Source of the DNA: an uncultured Filomicrobium sp.
Lineage (GTDB): Bacteria > Pseudomonadota > Alphaproteobacteria > Rhizobiales > Hyphomicrobiaceae
Direction of reading: 5' to 3'
Assembly (NCBI GenBank): GCA_964449195.1
Contig: CAYUYL010000001.1
Span: 289-64,288 of the forward strand
Length of the DNA: 64,000 nt
The position numbers and the translations under genes were made by a program. Positions 28,544 through 38,878 of this stretch are shown piece after piece (the first letter of the stretch is position 1; each line of letters starts with the position of its first letter). The notes beneath the pieces were generated by a model that saw only the letters and a program-made list of their open reading frames with translations, was not told where the DNA came from and searched no databases.

Positions 28544-29542
28544 TTACCTTGAAAGCCGATGGACATCATGTTCCGCCCATTGGAGCCCGACGGATTGGCC
28601 GAGAGTACATGGTTGGTCTGCAAATGCGATATCCGGCATCGTTACCGTCAGTTCAGGCATATCACCGCTCTGAATGGTGACATTCACGGTCATGCCAAGA
28701 AAGGAAACATCGCGAACCACACCGGACATCTGTGTGTTTGCACTTTTATCGTCCGGCACAATGCGGATGCGGTCGGCGCGGATTGCAACTGGCCCGGAGC
28801 CAGTTGGAACAACGTTATGACCACCAATAAAACGGGCAACAAACTCTGTTTCGGGACTATTGTAGACATCGACCGGCGGGCCTGCCTGCTCTATTACGCC
28901 TCCATTCATGACGATAATTTCGTCAGCAAGCGCCATCGCTTCATCCTGAGAGTGCGTCACATGGATAAAGGAAATGCCTAGCTCACGTTGCAGGCGTTTC
29001 AACTCCACGCGCATGCGAAGCCGCAGGAACGGATCAAGCGCCGACAGCGGTTCATCGAGAAGCAAAACACTTGGTTTCGTGATGAGCGCGCGGGCCAGCG
29101 CAACACGCTGCTGCTGGCCACCGGAAAGCTGGCTCGGCAACCGCTCACCATAGTCGGACATGTCCACCAGTGCGAGCATATCGCGCGCCTGATTTTCGCG
29201 CATACTACGGTTGACACCGCGCATTTTCAGACTGAATGCCACGTTGTCGGCAACAGACAAATGCGGAAACAACGCATAATTCTGAAACATCATGGCTGTA
29301 CCGCGCGCTGCGGGCGCCATATCCGTGATTTTGAGGGAATCTAAAAAAATATCCCCGGACGTCACAACTTCATGCCCGGCAATCATCCTGAGCGTGGATG
29401 ACTTTCCACAACCTGAGGGGCCGAGCAAACAAGAGTACGTCGCGTGCGCAAACGTATGATTAATGGCACGTACGGCGGTCGTGCCAGCATAAGCCTTGGT
29501 AACAGATACAAGCTCAAGAGCAGACGACGATGTCATGTACAC
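28544..29542 (-). CDS. ABC transporter ATP-binding protein (PotA-like)
   Basis: Walker [10 protein letters not shown], signature [15 protein letters not shown], Walker [13 protein letters not shown]-terminal TOBE-like domain. The start is GTG at 29542 or ATG at 29536. Confidence 0.92.
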   Translation of the reverse strand: MYMTSSSALELVSVTKAYAGTTAVRAINHTFAHATYSCLLGPSGCGKSSTLRMIAGHEVVTSGDIFLDSLKITDMAPAARGTAMMFQNYALFPHLSVADNVAFSLKMRGVNRSMRENQARDMLALVDMSDYGERLPSQLSGGQQQRVALARALITKPSVLLLDEPLSALDPFLRLRMRVELKRLQRELGISFIHVTHSQDEAMALADEIIVMNGGVIEQAGPPVDVYNSPETEFVARFIGGHNVVPTGSGPVAIRADRIRIVPDDKSANTQMSGVVRDVSFLGMTVNVTIQSGDMPELTVTMPDIAFADQPCTLGQSVGLQWAEHDVHRLSR

Positions 29543-29550
29543 AACGCTGT

Positions 29551-29572
29551 GTTAATAGAACTTTGTATTAAC
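29551..29572. promoter_or_regulatory. inverted repeat GTTAATA-N8-TATTAAC just upstream of the ABC importer operon (candidate operator)
   Basis: Perfect 7-bp arms at 29551-29557 and 29566-29572, 9-30 nt upstream of the first codon of the ATPase gene. Confidence 0.3.
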
Positions 29573-29845
29573 GCTAATGTGAGCAAACTCCGTACCAATT
29601 TGCAAGAAAAACTTAACACTTTGCAATCGTGTATTTATTTTTTACTTTGGACTTGCTGCCCCCAGCTTCTGCATGGTCTTGCGGCAGCGCTGCACATAAA
29701 ACAGGCATTCAAAGCCTGTGCACCATGAGAAATGAATTGCCGGAGCAACAAAGTGAGCAATAACAAAAAAACTCTGCTCTTGATCCCGCCTGATTGCCCG
29801 GCTGTATGCGCTGGCACTCAAGATTTTCTCTGATTATACCACCAC

Positions 29846-29997
29846 CTTGTCATCCCGGCATTTGTTGCCGTGGTCCGCCGCTCAACAAGCGTGATGTTCG
29901 AGGGGGGGGCATATACCGCAAGATTTAAGCCGACGCCACCAGGCAAGCGTTTTCCCGTTTCATGACTGGTTGCCGGTGACAAGCACTGGCATGACAG
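29846..29997. repeat. imperfect long-range inverted repeat (MITE/REP-like intergenic element) enclosing a G8 tract
   Basis: CTTGTCATCCCGGCATTTGTTGCCG (29846-70) versus the reverse complement of CCGGTGACAAGCACTGGCATGACAG (29973-97). The TGTCAT..CC.G...TTGT..CCG skeleton is shared, at about two-thirds identity. G8 is at 29902-29909. Confidence 0.3.
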
Positions 29998-30319
29998 AGT
30001 TTATGGCCACGGCCTGAGAACTTTCAAAATCCTGTCGCATGTATCTGGGTCATGAGGTGATCCCATACCGCTTAAAGGAGTGGGAGGGGTATAGGCCCCT
30101 ATTGGGGGCTCTAAAAGACAGCTGTAGTGCATTTATTAGGACTTATATCCATCCTATATATGACCTGATGGCCAATCGCTGACACAATTGAGATGGCATA
30201 TACTCATATTCCGGCAATCTGCGCCATTCCCGAGTGTCAAGCACAAGCTATTTTTTAAATTCTGCCATCTATATATGTATGCATAATAGTTTTTCTTATT
30301 TTTGATGATGAGGATTTGA

Positions 30320-31453
30320 ATGCCCTGTCCTAGCGAAACACGCGTTGTTGTTGCCATGTCCGGTGGCGTCGATTCGTCTGTCACCGCCGGGCTCATGAAG
30401 CAGCAAGGCTATGATGTCGTCGGTATCACATTGCAGCTCTACGACCATGGGGCGGCCACCGCCAAAGCGGGGTCATGTTGCGCGGGACAGGATATTCATG
30501 ACGCGCGCCGTGTAGCCGAGCAGCTCGACATCCCGCACTATGTACTGGATTATGAAACACGGTTCCGTTCCGCTGTTATCGAAACTTTTGCCGATGCATA
30601 CGCCGCCGGTGAAACCCCAATTCCCTGTGTCGCCTGCAATCAGACGGTCAAGTTTCTTGATCTTCTGGATACAGCACGCGAGCTTGGCGCAACCGCTTTG
30701 GCAACCGGCCATTATATTCAGCGGCAGGAAACTCCCAACGGCCCAGCCCTTTATCGCGGTCTGGACCAAGACCGTGATCAGAGTTATTTCCTGTTTGCCA
30801 CAACACGCGAACAATTAGCACAGCTGTGGTTTCCGCTTGGACACATGCATAAAGCACAGGTGCGGCAGCTGGCGCTTGATATGAAGCTGCCGGTTGCGAA
30901 GAAAAGTGACAGCCAGGACATCTGCTTCGTACCATCCGGACGCTATGCCGATGTTGTCTCAAAGCTCAGGCCAGATGCTGTCAAACCGGGAGAAATCGTT
31001 GATTTGGACGGCCGACCGATTGGTGAGCATCAGGGGATCATCAATTTCACCATAGGCCAGCGGCGTGGTCTTGGCATTGCCTCAGGCGATCCCCTTTATG
31101 TTGTGCGCATCGACGCATCGCGGCAGCAGGTCGTGGTCGGCCCGCGCTCCGCTCTACTGACAACGCGTCTGCATCTGCGTGACGTCAATTGGATTGGCGA
31201 TGGACAATTTGGTGATTGGGCACCGGAAAGTCTGGAAATTGCTGTCAAGGTGCGTTCATCACAACCGCCTCGGCCGGCGCACCTCCACTATGATAACGAT
31301 AAACAAACCACCATCGTTGATCTCGTTGGCGGAGAGCATGGTATTGCTCCGGGCCAGGCCTGTGTCTTCTACGATGACGACACAGACGAAGCGCGGCTAT
31401 TGGGCGGAGGCTGGATTGCCGCAACAGGCCGGGATGTGGCCGCAGCAGCATAG
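30320..31453 (+). CDS. mnmA: tRNA 2-thiouridine(34) synthase
   Basis: PP-loop [13 protein letters not shown]. Catalytic Cys contexts PCVACNQ and SQDICF. Confidence 0.93.
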   Translation: MPCPSETRVVVAMSGGVDSSVTAGLMKQQGYDVVGITLQLYDHGAATAKAGSCCAGQDIHDARRVAEQLDIPHYVLDYETRFRSAVIETFADAYAAGETPIPCVACNQTVKFLDLLDTARELGATALATGHYIQRQETPNGPALYRGLDQDRDQSYFLFATTREQLAQLWFPLGHMHKAQVRQLALDMKLPVAKKSDSQDICFVPSGRYADVVSKLRPDAVKPGEIVDLDGRPIGEHQGIINFTIGQRRGLGIASGDPLYVVRIDASRQQVVVGPRSALLTTRLHLRDVNWIGDGQFGDWAPESLEIAVKVRSSQPPRPAHLHYDNDKQTTIVDLVGGEHGIAPGQACVFYDDDTDEARLLGGGWIAATGRDVAAAA

Positions 31454-31533
31454 CATTTTGCATCTGCCCAACTCTGCCTGGACATATTGAATTATTGTAT
31501 GCCCAGGCCAGCGCGCCGTTTCATGAGCCCTTA

Positions 31534-31854
31534 TTAATGATGGCGGCGGAAACGGTGCCAATGCCGGTGACAGTGGCGATAGCGAATATTGCCACGGCGC
31601 CAATAATGGCAGTGACGGTGAATATGGCGGCGCGGACGGTAATAACGGCGGCATGCCCTAACATGGCGGTGACCATAAACCCAACGGCAATGATAACCGT
31701 GGATTTTTTTAACCGGCTGTTCCGCCTGCTTTTGTGCTAATTTCCCAACAACGCCTGATGCAGGCATCGCCGGTGCAGCAGCAGCAGGCAACAAACCTGC
31801 AAAGAGTGTACATAAGGCCATAACTATAGCCACCGCAATCGATTTACTTTTCAT
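31534..31854 (-). CDS. secreted His/Arg/Cys-rich mini-protein
   Basis: Signal peptide MKSKSIAVAIVMALCTLFAGLLPAAAAP. In the C-terminal 58 residues I count 14 His, 17 Arg, 6 Tyr, 4 Cys and 3 Trp (HGYHCRW...RHCHYW...RHCHRHWHRFRRHH). Confidence 0.55.
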   Translation of the reverse strand: MKSKSIAVAIVMALCTLFAGLLPAAAAPAMPASGVVGKLAQKQAEQPVKKIHGYHCRWVYGHRHVRACRRYYRPRRHIHRHCHYWRRGNIRYRHCHRHWHRFRRHH

Positions 31855-32049
31855 AAGCCCACTCGCCTCACTCGAACGCATTTCAATGTTATGGAAGTGT
31901 AAACAACGCGACTACCCTCTCTGGTTGTGCAACATGCGTCAAGATGGTTAATGCATCTTATTATTGTGCACTTGAGAAAACACTCAGCGTTATACGGCAA
32001 ACCGAAGCTCATCCAGAAGCTCCCCTAAGCTCCGTACGGTCATGACTTT

Positions 32050-33060
32050 TTAAGGTTTTCTTAAAAAATGATCGAAGCCGTTTCCTCCCCAGTCAAGCGG
32101 CGCACCGGAAGCATCCAGCAATTGCATTTCAGGTTGGGAAGAAAATGCTCCGATTTCTGTAACAGAAACGCCACCTGCATCTGCCGCCGCAATAAACTGG
32201 CCGCAATTTTCAGGCGGCACCGCGCAGAGGATTTCATAGTCATCGCTACCAGCGGCCAGTGATATGGCCCGCTCGACGTCAGCTGCAGCAACACTTTGCA
32301 TGGCCGCGCTTAATGGCAATGCGCCGGAGTGAATTGAAGCTCCAAGCCCGGAGAGCCTGCACATGCGGCCGAGATCTTTGGGCAGGCCGTCGGAAATATC
32401 CATGGCAGCGCGTGCAAACCCGCGCAGGGCTGAACGCAGTCCCAAACGCGGTTGGGGCCGGAGATAGCGCGCAAGCACCGAGTCAGCGTGCGCGGCGGTC
32501 TGACGCGCGCTTTCAGGTTGCATGCGCAGCTGCAGACCCAAAGCTGAGTCGCCCAAAGTCCCCGATACAAAAACCCTGTCTGCGGGCTGAACAGTGCCGC
32601 GCTGAAGCATCTGTCCGCGCGGTGTTTCCCCAAAGATCGTAACTGCAACTGACAGCGGCCCATCGGCCCGATCCGTATCTCCCCCAATCAGCACGCACCC
32701 AAATGCGTGCTGCGCTTCCGCCAATCCCGCTGCAAAAGCTTGAAGCCAGAGACGTGCCGGAGCTTCAGGAAAAGACAGCGCCAGAGTGTAGGCGAGAGGC
32801 CGTGCGGCTTTAGCAGCCAGGTCTGATACATTGACTGCCAATGCTTTCCACGCAATGTCGGCTGGATCGTCATCGGCAAAAAAGTGCAGCCCGGCCCGAA
32901 CTGGATCGGTTTTGACAATAATATCCTGTCCGGGCGCTGGTGTCAGCGCAGCACAATCATCACGCAAATGATATGCACCAGGCCACGCATCAGCCAGTGG
33001 CCTCAGGTAATTTTGAATAATATCTTCTTCGCTGCCGGCATTTAAGCCATCTTGCACCAT
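32050..33060 (-). CDS. thiL: thiamine-monophosphate kinase
   Basis: PurM-like fold: LRDDCAAL, VKTDPV, IGGDT, AMDISDGL motifs. The start is Met at 33060 or 33075. Confidence 0.88.
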   Translation of the reverse strand: MVQDGLNAGSEEDIIQNYLRPLADAWPGAYHLRDDCAALTPAPGQDIIVKTDPVRAGLHFFADDDPADIAWKALAVNVSDLAAKAARPLAYTLALSFPEAPARLWLQAFAAGLAEAQHAFGCVLIGGDTDRADGPLSVAVTIFGETPRGQMLQRGTVQPADRVFVSGTLGDSALGLQLRMQPESARQTAAHADSVLARYLRPQPRLGLRSALRGFARAAMDISDGLPKDLGRMCRLSGLGASIHSGALPLSAAMQSVAAADVERAISLAAGSDDYEILCAVPPENCGQFIAAADAGGVSVTEIGAFSSQPEMQLLDASGAPLDWGGNGFDHFLRKP

Positions 33061-33149
33061 TGCATGCCTCCCCAATCAAACCCATGAAAGCCTCCAGCAG
33101 TCAGCCCTCAAGCCCGGCCAATGACTTGGTCCGCACGCACCGGTAGCTC

Positions 33150-33842
33150 TCACCCCCTGGCCGCGGGAATATATATTTTTTTGCTCTGGCATCCATACTG
33201 CCGCCTGGTTTGAGGACAGTTTTGAAATTCGCTATTTTTACCGAAACAAATACGCACTTCGCGGAGTTGATTGGCATTCCCCCGTCTGCAAACAATTTTG
33301 ATCATATCCGCACTAAGGTTGGCATTCGCGGCAACAAAATCGCTTACGATATCCTCACGCATGCGCAGTTGGGCATCTTTGGGCGCAAAATAGGGTGGCG
33401 GAATTTTCACGCGCTCATACATGGCCCGGCTGAGCTTGAAATAACCGGCAGGCGCCTTGCCTGAACAGGTGCCGTGCTTTCTGTATTGATGAATAATCAA
33501 GCGGCGGCTTGGCATGATGTCCATCATACTACCGATCACAGCCTCGGGCACAAAAGGGCGTTGTTGCGTTCGACAGAATTTAGGAAAACCACGCTGATAT
33601 TGAGGCCATAACCCATGGACGACAAACGCAAACGGACGCGCGCGTTTGGAGCCGCATTGGGTGTCTTTCGGACTGTGGTTTCTGCTCTGGCAATACGTTG
33701 GGCTCCAAGAGAGCGCCAGCATATAGTAATCAAATTGACCAGGCCGGTCATTTGAGCGGGCTGGCCCGTGAAACCAGATCAATGTGATAAGTGTGAGAAC
33801 CAACTTCATCGTTATTATTTTTTTTAAAGTCAGACCCATCAT
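33150..33842 (-). CDS. ribonuclease T2 family protein, secreted
   Basis: Signal peptide. CAS I FVVHGLWPQ and CAS II HQYRKHGTC. FDYYMLALSWSPTYC. Confidence 0.88.
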   Translation of the reverse strand: MMGLTLKKIITMKLVLTLITLIWFHGPARSNDRPGQFDYYMLALSWSPTYCQSRNHSPKDTQCGSKRARPFAFVVHGLWPQYQRGFPKFCRTQQRPFVPEAVIGSMMDIMPSRRLIIHQYRKHGTCSGKAPAGYFKLSRAMYERVKIPPPYFAPKDAQLRMREDIVSDFVAANANLSADMIKIVCRRGNANQLREVRICFGKNSEFQNCPQTRRQYGCQSKKIYIPAARG

Positions 33843-33899
33843 GGATAATACTTACACCTCTCTTCTTTTACAACTGACTGCATGCATGCCAACCAAACG

Positions 33900-35342
33900 C
33901 TAACCTTCCGGTTTCATAGGCATCATCTGAGAAAGCTCCGCAAAGATGCGCACCCAGGAGCGCGCGCCATGCCTGAAACAAGTAAGATTGTATTTCTCAT
34001 TTGGCGAATGGATCCGATCATCATCCAAACCAAAACCAACCAAAAGCGTATCCATGCCAAGTTCGTCCTTAAATGCCTTGACTATGGGGATAGAACCGCC
34101 ACTGCCCAGCAGAACTGCAGCTTTTCCCCACTCCTCTTGCAAGGCTTTTGCAGACGCCTTGATGTGCGGTGCATTGACATCGAAGGCAACGGCGGCATTC
34201 GCGCTGCGTCCTTGAAAGCGCACTGTGCACTCGGGCGACAGGCGATCGCGAATATGGGCTTCGAGATTATCGAGGATTTGCTCCGGGAACTGCCCCGACA
34301 CCAACCGGCAGGTGATTTTGACGGACGCTTCAGACGGAATGATTGTCTTTGCACCAACGCCCTGATACCCGCCAGAAATTCCGTTGAACTCAAGTGTCGG
34401 CCGTGCCCACAATTGTTCAAGCACGCTATAGCCCTGTTCGCCGGCCGTATCTTTCAGACCGACGTCACCCAGAAAATCGTCCGCATTAAAATCAAGCCTA
34501 GCCCATTGCTCGCGTTGGGCGGTATCCGGCGGAACAAGTCCATCATAAAAGCCGCTGACGTTGACCCAGCCGTCCGCATCATGCAGGGAAGCAAGGGTTC
34601 TGGCGAGTTCACGAATTGGATTGATAGCACTGCCGCCATACATGCCGGAATGCAAATCCCGGTTCGGGCCGGTTACAATGACCTCAAGGCTCGCCAAGCC
34701 ACGCAACATTGTTGTGATGGCGGGGGTTGATCTGTTCCACTGGGCCGTATCGCAGACAAGGGCAAGATCTGCCGCCAATTGATTTTTTTCAGCATCCAGA
34801 AAAGCCGGCAGACTCGGACTGCCAGTCTCCTCTTCTCCCTCAAGCATCACGGTCACAGCCACAGGCAATTCGGAATTGACCGCACGCCAGGCACGCAATG
34901 CCTCAAACATCGTCAGCATCTGGCCTTTGTTATCTTGCGCCCCACGTGCAACAATCACGTCACCATTCTTCGGATCGTTGACAATGTGCGGCGTAAAAGG
35001 ATCGCTTGTCCACAGCTCCAAAGGATCGGCTGGCTGTACATCATAATGGCCATAGATCAGGACATGCAGCTTGTTGTCAGCAGCTGTATCGCGGTCATGG
35101 GCCACCACCATCGGGTGCCCCTGCGTCGGATAAAGTTGCGCTTCAAGCCCGATCTCCCGCAATTGATGCGCGCACCACTGCGCCGCCTCAACGCAATCAT
35201 CAGCGAATTGAGGGTCCGTGGAGATGCTCTTAATTCGGAGAAACTCAAACAAGCGCTCCAATGCCTCAGGGCTATTGGCCTCCACCGCTTTAAGCGCAGC
35301 TTCAAGATCGAGTTTCATGCGCATATTCTCCAGGGCGGTCAA
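33900..35342 (-). CDS. M20/M25/M40 family metallopeptidase (dipeptidase-like)
   Basis: [32 protein letters not shown] metal-ligand motifs. 480 aa. Confidence 0.85.
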   Translation of the reverse strand: MTALENMRMKLDLEAALKAVEANSPEALERLFEFLRIKSISTDPQFADDCVEAAQWCAHQLREIGLEAQLYPTQGHPMVVAHDRDTAADNKLHVLIYGHYDVQPADPLELWTSDPFTPHIVNDPKNGDVIVARGAQDNKGQMLTMFEALRAWRAVNSELPVAVTVMLEGEEETGSPSLPAFLDAEKNQLAADLALVCDTAQWNRSTPAITTMLRGLASLEVIVTGPNRDLHSGMYGGSAINPIRELARTLASLHDADGWVNVSGFYDGLVPPDTAQREQWARLDFNADDFLGDVGLKDTAGEQGYSVLEQLWARPTLEFNGISGGYQGVGAKTIIPSEASVKITCRLVSGQFPEQILDNLEAHIRDRLSPECTVRFQGRSANAAVAFDVNAPHIKASAKALQEEWGKAAVLLGSGGSIPIVKAFKDELGMDTLLVGFGLDDDRIHSPNEKYNLTCFRHGARSWVRIFAELSQMMPMKPEG

Positions 35343-35498
35343 GCATGGCTTTTAACGTTTGCATCACTGGACTGGCTTCGGCCCAGCGATCGCGTCAAAC
35401 GGCCCTGAGACAAATGCCCGTAAGCTAAGGTACGCTATCAGAATACAGATAGCCATTTGATTTTATAAGCATCCGTGACAAAAGAAAAATAACGGACT

Positions 35499-37220
35499 AT
35501 GGCCGAAGCGACGATGCAATCAGCAGCAAAGATGGTATATTCCTTTGGCAAAGGCACAGCCGAAGGCAGATCTTCAATGGAAGGTCTGCTTGGCGGCAAA
35601 GGAGCAAACCTTGCTGAAATGACCAGCATGGGCCTACCGGTTCCACCAGGTTTCACCCTGACAACCGAAGCATGTAAACTCTATCATACACAAGAGCATC
35701 AAGCCTTGACTGTGATTAAAGCGCAGGTTCGTGAGGCTCTCAGGCGGCTGGAGCAAGACACTGGCGCAACTTTTGGCGATCCGGAAAAGCCGCTTCTGTT
35801 AGCTATTCGCTCCGGCGCACGCGCATCAATGCCTGGCATGATGGATACCATTCTCAATCTTGGTCTTAACGACCACACCGTAGAAGGACTTATAAAACAA
35901 TCCGGCAACGAACATTTCGCCTACGATAGCTATCGCAGTTTCATTCACGCGTATGCGGAAGTCGTACTTGACCTCGGCACAAACGCTTTTGAAGAGATTT
36001 TAGATCCTTTTAAAGACGGTATAGGGCTGGATGATAATGTGAATTTAAGCGCTGCAGACCTGAAAAATATTATTCAGGCCTATAAAGATGCGGTTCACAG
36101 TGAAACGGGCCGGCCATTTCCGCAAGATACGCAAACGCAACTTTGGCAGGCTATTCCTGCTGTCTTGGCTTCATGGCAGAATGCCAGGGCACAAACTTAT
36201 CGCACGCTCCATCATATTCCTGAAGACTGGGGAACTGCGATCACCATTCAAGCCATGGTCTTCGGCAATAGAGACCAAAGCAGCGGAACAGGTGTTGCAT
36301 TCACACGCAACCCCTCAACCGGCAGCAAAGAGGTTTATGGGGAGTTTTTATTGAATGCCCAGGGCGAAGACCTTGTAGCCGGCCTCCAAACACCGCACCC
36401 GATGACAGAGGCAGCCCGCCAGTCGGCCGGCGAAACGCATACTTCATTCGAAGCGCTGATGCCGGAGGCCTTTGACAAACTAGTCAACACCTTACAGACA
36501 TTGGAATATCACTACCGCGACCTGCAGGATGTTGAATTCACCATCGAAGCAGGCCGTCTGTGGATACTGCAGGCTCGCCCCGGCAAACGAAGTGCAGCCG
36601 CAGCGGTCAAAATTGTCGTTGATCTTGCACTTGAGGGTGTGTTGACACAGGATGAAGCCGTTATGCGCATTGAGCCGGGCACGCTGGAGCGCATGATGTT
36701 GCGAACCGTCGATCCGTCTGCTGCGCTGCAGCTCATTGCAACCGGACTTCCAGCTTCTCCAGGGGCTGTCACGGGAGAAATTGTTTTTCATCCCGATGAT
36801 GTCAAAGCCCGCAAAGAGCAGGGTTACAATGTCATTCTTGTGCGCAATGACACTGCACCCGAAGACATACACGGCATGCATGCCGCAGACGGCATCCTGA
36901 CCGCGCGAGGCGGTATGACAAGCCATGCAGCCGTTGTCGCCCGAGGAATAGGACGGCCTTGTGTTTCAGGCGCAGGCGCTTTGCGGATCGACGAAGCTGC
37001 CCAGAGCATGACGGTAACGGGGCAGACATTTCAACTCGGCGATACCCTTACCATTGACGGTGCAACAGGCGAGGTTTTCAAAGGTGCTGTTCAACTGCGC
37101 CGGCCCAAACCCACTCCTGAAATGCGAATACTCATGGAATGGATTGAAAAAACACGCCATCATTGCACGCGGTATTCCGCAAATGACCTGCACCGCACAA
37201 ACCAAGCCTATATCGAGTGA
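35499..37220 (+). pseudogene. ppdK: pyruvate, phosphate dikinase lacking the C-terminal PEP/pyruvate-binding domain (truncated)
   Basis: N-terminal ATP-grasp (VYSFGKG...GGKGANLAEM) and the phospho-His swivel domain (TARGGMTSHAAVVARG) are intact. The ORF stops at residue 573, just as the TIM-barrel domain should begin. Only about 290 nt remain before mtnA. Confidence 0.7.
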
Positions 37221-37509
37221 TACTCAAGCCGCAAAACCACCCAACGCGGCATTCTCCTCGTAAATTATCATGGCCAGCTCTTCACCAAGCCCCTTCCATT
37301 AGCCGCATGATCTACCAGCGCTTGCTTATACTTATGGACCGGCCCAACAGGCGAAACCGCTTGACGCTGAGAGGATTTACCATAAGACAACATCAGCCAG
37401 ACCGTTGGGTAGATCATATCTGCTAGTACGACCTGGCGCCAAGAGCCCGGCAAAGCACTCTGCTGCACGCTTTAATCCCTGTGCTCCCCATATCCAATTG
37501 AGGTTCATC

Positions 37510-38613
37510 ATGAAAATAGACGGCAAACACTACCGCACAATATGGGTCAATTCCGATGGCTGGTCTGTCAACACCTTCGATCAGACCTTGCTGCCGCATA
37601 AGTTTGAAATCATAACGCTGATAACGATCGATGATGCCGCACGTGCCATTAAAACAATGCAGGTAAGAGGCGCACCATTGATTGGCGCGACAGCGGCTTA
37701 TGGTATCTGCCTGCAGATGCGTGATGATGCTTCTGACAATGCGCTTCATGCAGCGATTGCATATTTGGCCGAGCAGCGTCCAACGGCTGTGAATCTGCGC
37801 TGGGCGCTGGATCAAATGCATGCCGCACTTAAGAACGTGCCGCAAAATGAACGCGTGGCGGCTGCCTATAAGCGCGCGGCTGAGATCTGCGATGAAGACG
37901 TTGAAACCTGCCGTATGATTGGCGTTCACGGCCTTGAAATTCTCAAAGAAATTGCAGCGCGTAAACCTGCCGGAGAACCTGTGAATATTCTCACACACTG
38001 CAATGCCGGCTGGCTTGCGACCGTTGACTGGGGCACCGCAACATCACCGGTTTATCAGGCTTTTGACGCAGGCCTCAAAGTGCATGTCTGGGTGGATGAA
38101 ACACGCCCACGCAATCAGGGGGCATCCTTGACAGCCTACGAACTTGGCTGCCATGGCGTGCCACATACAATTATTGTCGACAATGCCGGCGGTCATCTGA
38201 TGCAACACGGGCTTATTGACGTTTGTATTGTTGGCACCGATCGCACGACCGCCACAGGCGATGTTGCCAATAAAATCGGAACGTATCTCAAAGCACTTGC
38301 CGCTCAGGATAACGGCATCCCTTTCTACGTTGCGCTGCCATATTCGACCATCGACTGGGCAATGGAAGATGGCATGACAATTCCAATTGAAGAGCGCTCC
38401 GCGGACGAAGTTCTCCAAATGACGGGACGCACGGTTGGTGATAATGCGGCACGCGTGGTTACGGTAGATATTGCCGCTCCAAATTCGCCTGCCTACAATC
38501 CGGCATTTGATGTCACGCCAGCACGCCTTGTCACCGGCTTGATTACGGAACGCGGTGTTACCAAGGCAACCAAGGAAGGGCTTTTAGCTTTATACGCAGA
38601 GCATCAAAGTTAG
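37510..38613 (+). CDS. mtnA: S-methyl-5-thioribose-1-phosphate isomerase
   Basis: The likely start is [12 protein letters not shown] at 37510. eIF-2B/MtnA motifs [43 protein letters not shown]. Confidence 0.9.
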   Translation: MKIDGKHYRTIWVNSDGWSVNTFDQTLLPHKFEIITLITIDDAARAIKTMQVRGAPLIGATAAYGICLQMRDDASDNALHAAIAYLAEQRPTAVNLRWALDQMHAALKNVPQNERVAAAYKRAAEICDEDVETCRMIGVHGLEILKEIAARKPAGEPVNILTHCNAGWLATVDWGTATSPVYQAFDAGLKVHVWVDETRPRNQGASLTAYELGCHGVPHTIIVDNAGGHLMQHGLIDVCIVGTDRTTATGDVANKIGTYLKALAAQDNGIPFYVALPYSTIDWAMEDGMTIPIEERSADEVLQMTGRTVGDNAARVVTVDIAAPNSPAYNPAFDVTPARLVTGLITERGVTKATKEGLLALYAEHQS

Positions 38614-38878
38614 CAATTCAATCACTGCCGCAGACAGCTGCCATAAGAATAAGTGCCAGCGCATCAGTTTTTGAAATATACAGTGGAATTGAAATAGCCC
38701 GAGCAAGCAACCATAACTCTTGAAAAAAGTGTTTTGGCACGTCTCAAGCTTTTTGAGCTAAAAACATCAAATTAGCGACGAAAAAAACGTGCAGCTTTTC
38801 TGAAAAATATGCCTCACAGCCGCCTGATCTTTTTTGATTTTCCGCTTGCTCCAGCACAAACTGCACGGCTTGGCCTGG

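Noticed and set aside
29902-29909. The G8 tract (and G7 at 41505-41511) as bona fide phase-variation switches
   Set aside because: The tracts are short, intergenic, and not positioned between clear -35/-10 elements or inside a CDS. Without population sequencing this stays speculation, so they are mentioned only as side notes.
31495-31740. 81-aa plus-strand ORF opposite the His/Arg-rich gene
   Set aside because: It has no signal peptide or SD. The opposite frame has a canonical Sec signal peptide, and open antisense frames are expected for biased repeats. Not fully excluded.
33882-34730. 282-aa plus-strand ORF (also 34779..35408, 209 aa)
   Set aside because: Both are antisense shadows of the M20 peptidase gene. 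Their composition is Arg/Cys/His-rich and junk-like, with no motifs.
33900-35342. The M20 peptidase as the missing allantoate amidohydrolase of the ureide cluster
   Set aside because: It lies about 10 kb away on a different transcription unit. It is also about 480 aa and dipeptidase-like, not the roughly 410-aa AllC type. A link is unsupported.
37221-37509. SAM-II or other riboswitch in the mtnA leader
   Set aside because: No recognisable SAM-II pseudoknot consensus was found. The interval is better explained as the degraded remnant left by the ppdK 3' deletion.
37423-37998. 191-aa minus-strand ORF (and 38044..38418)
   Set aside because: Both are antisense to mtnA, which has clear family motifs.
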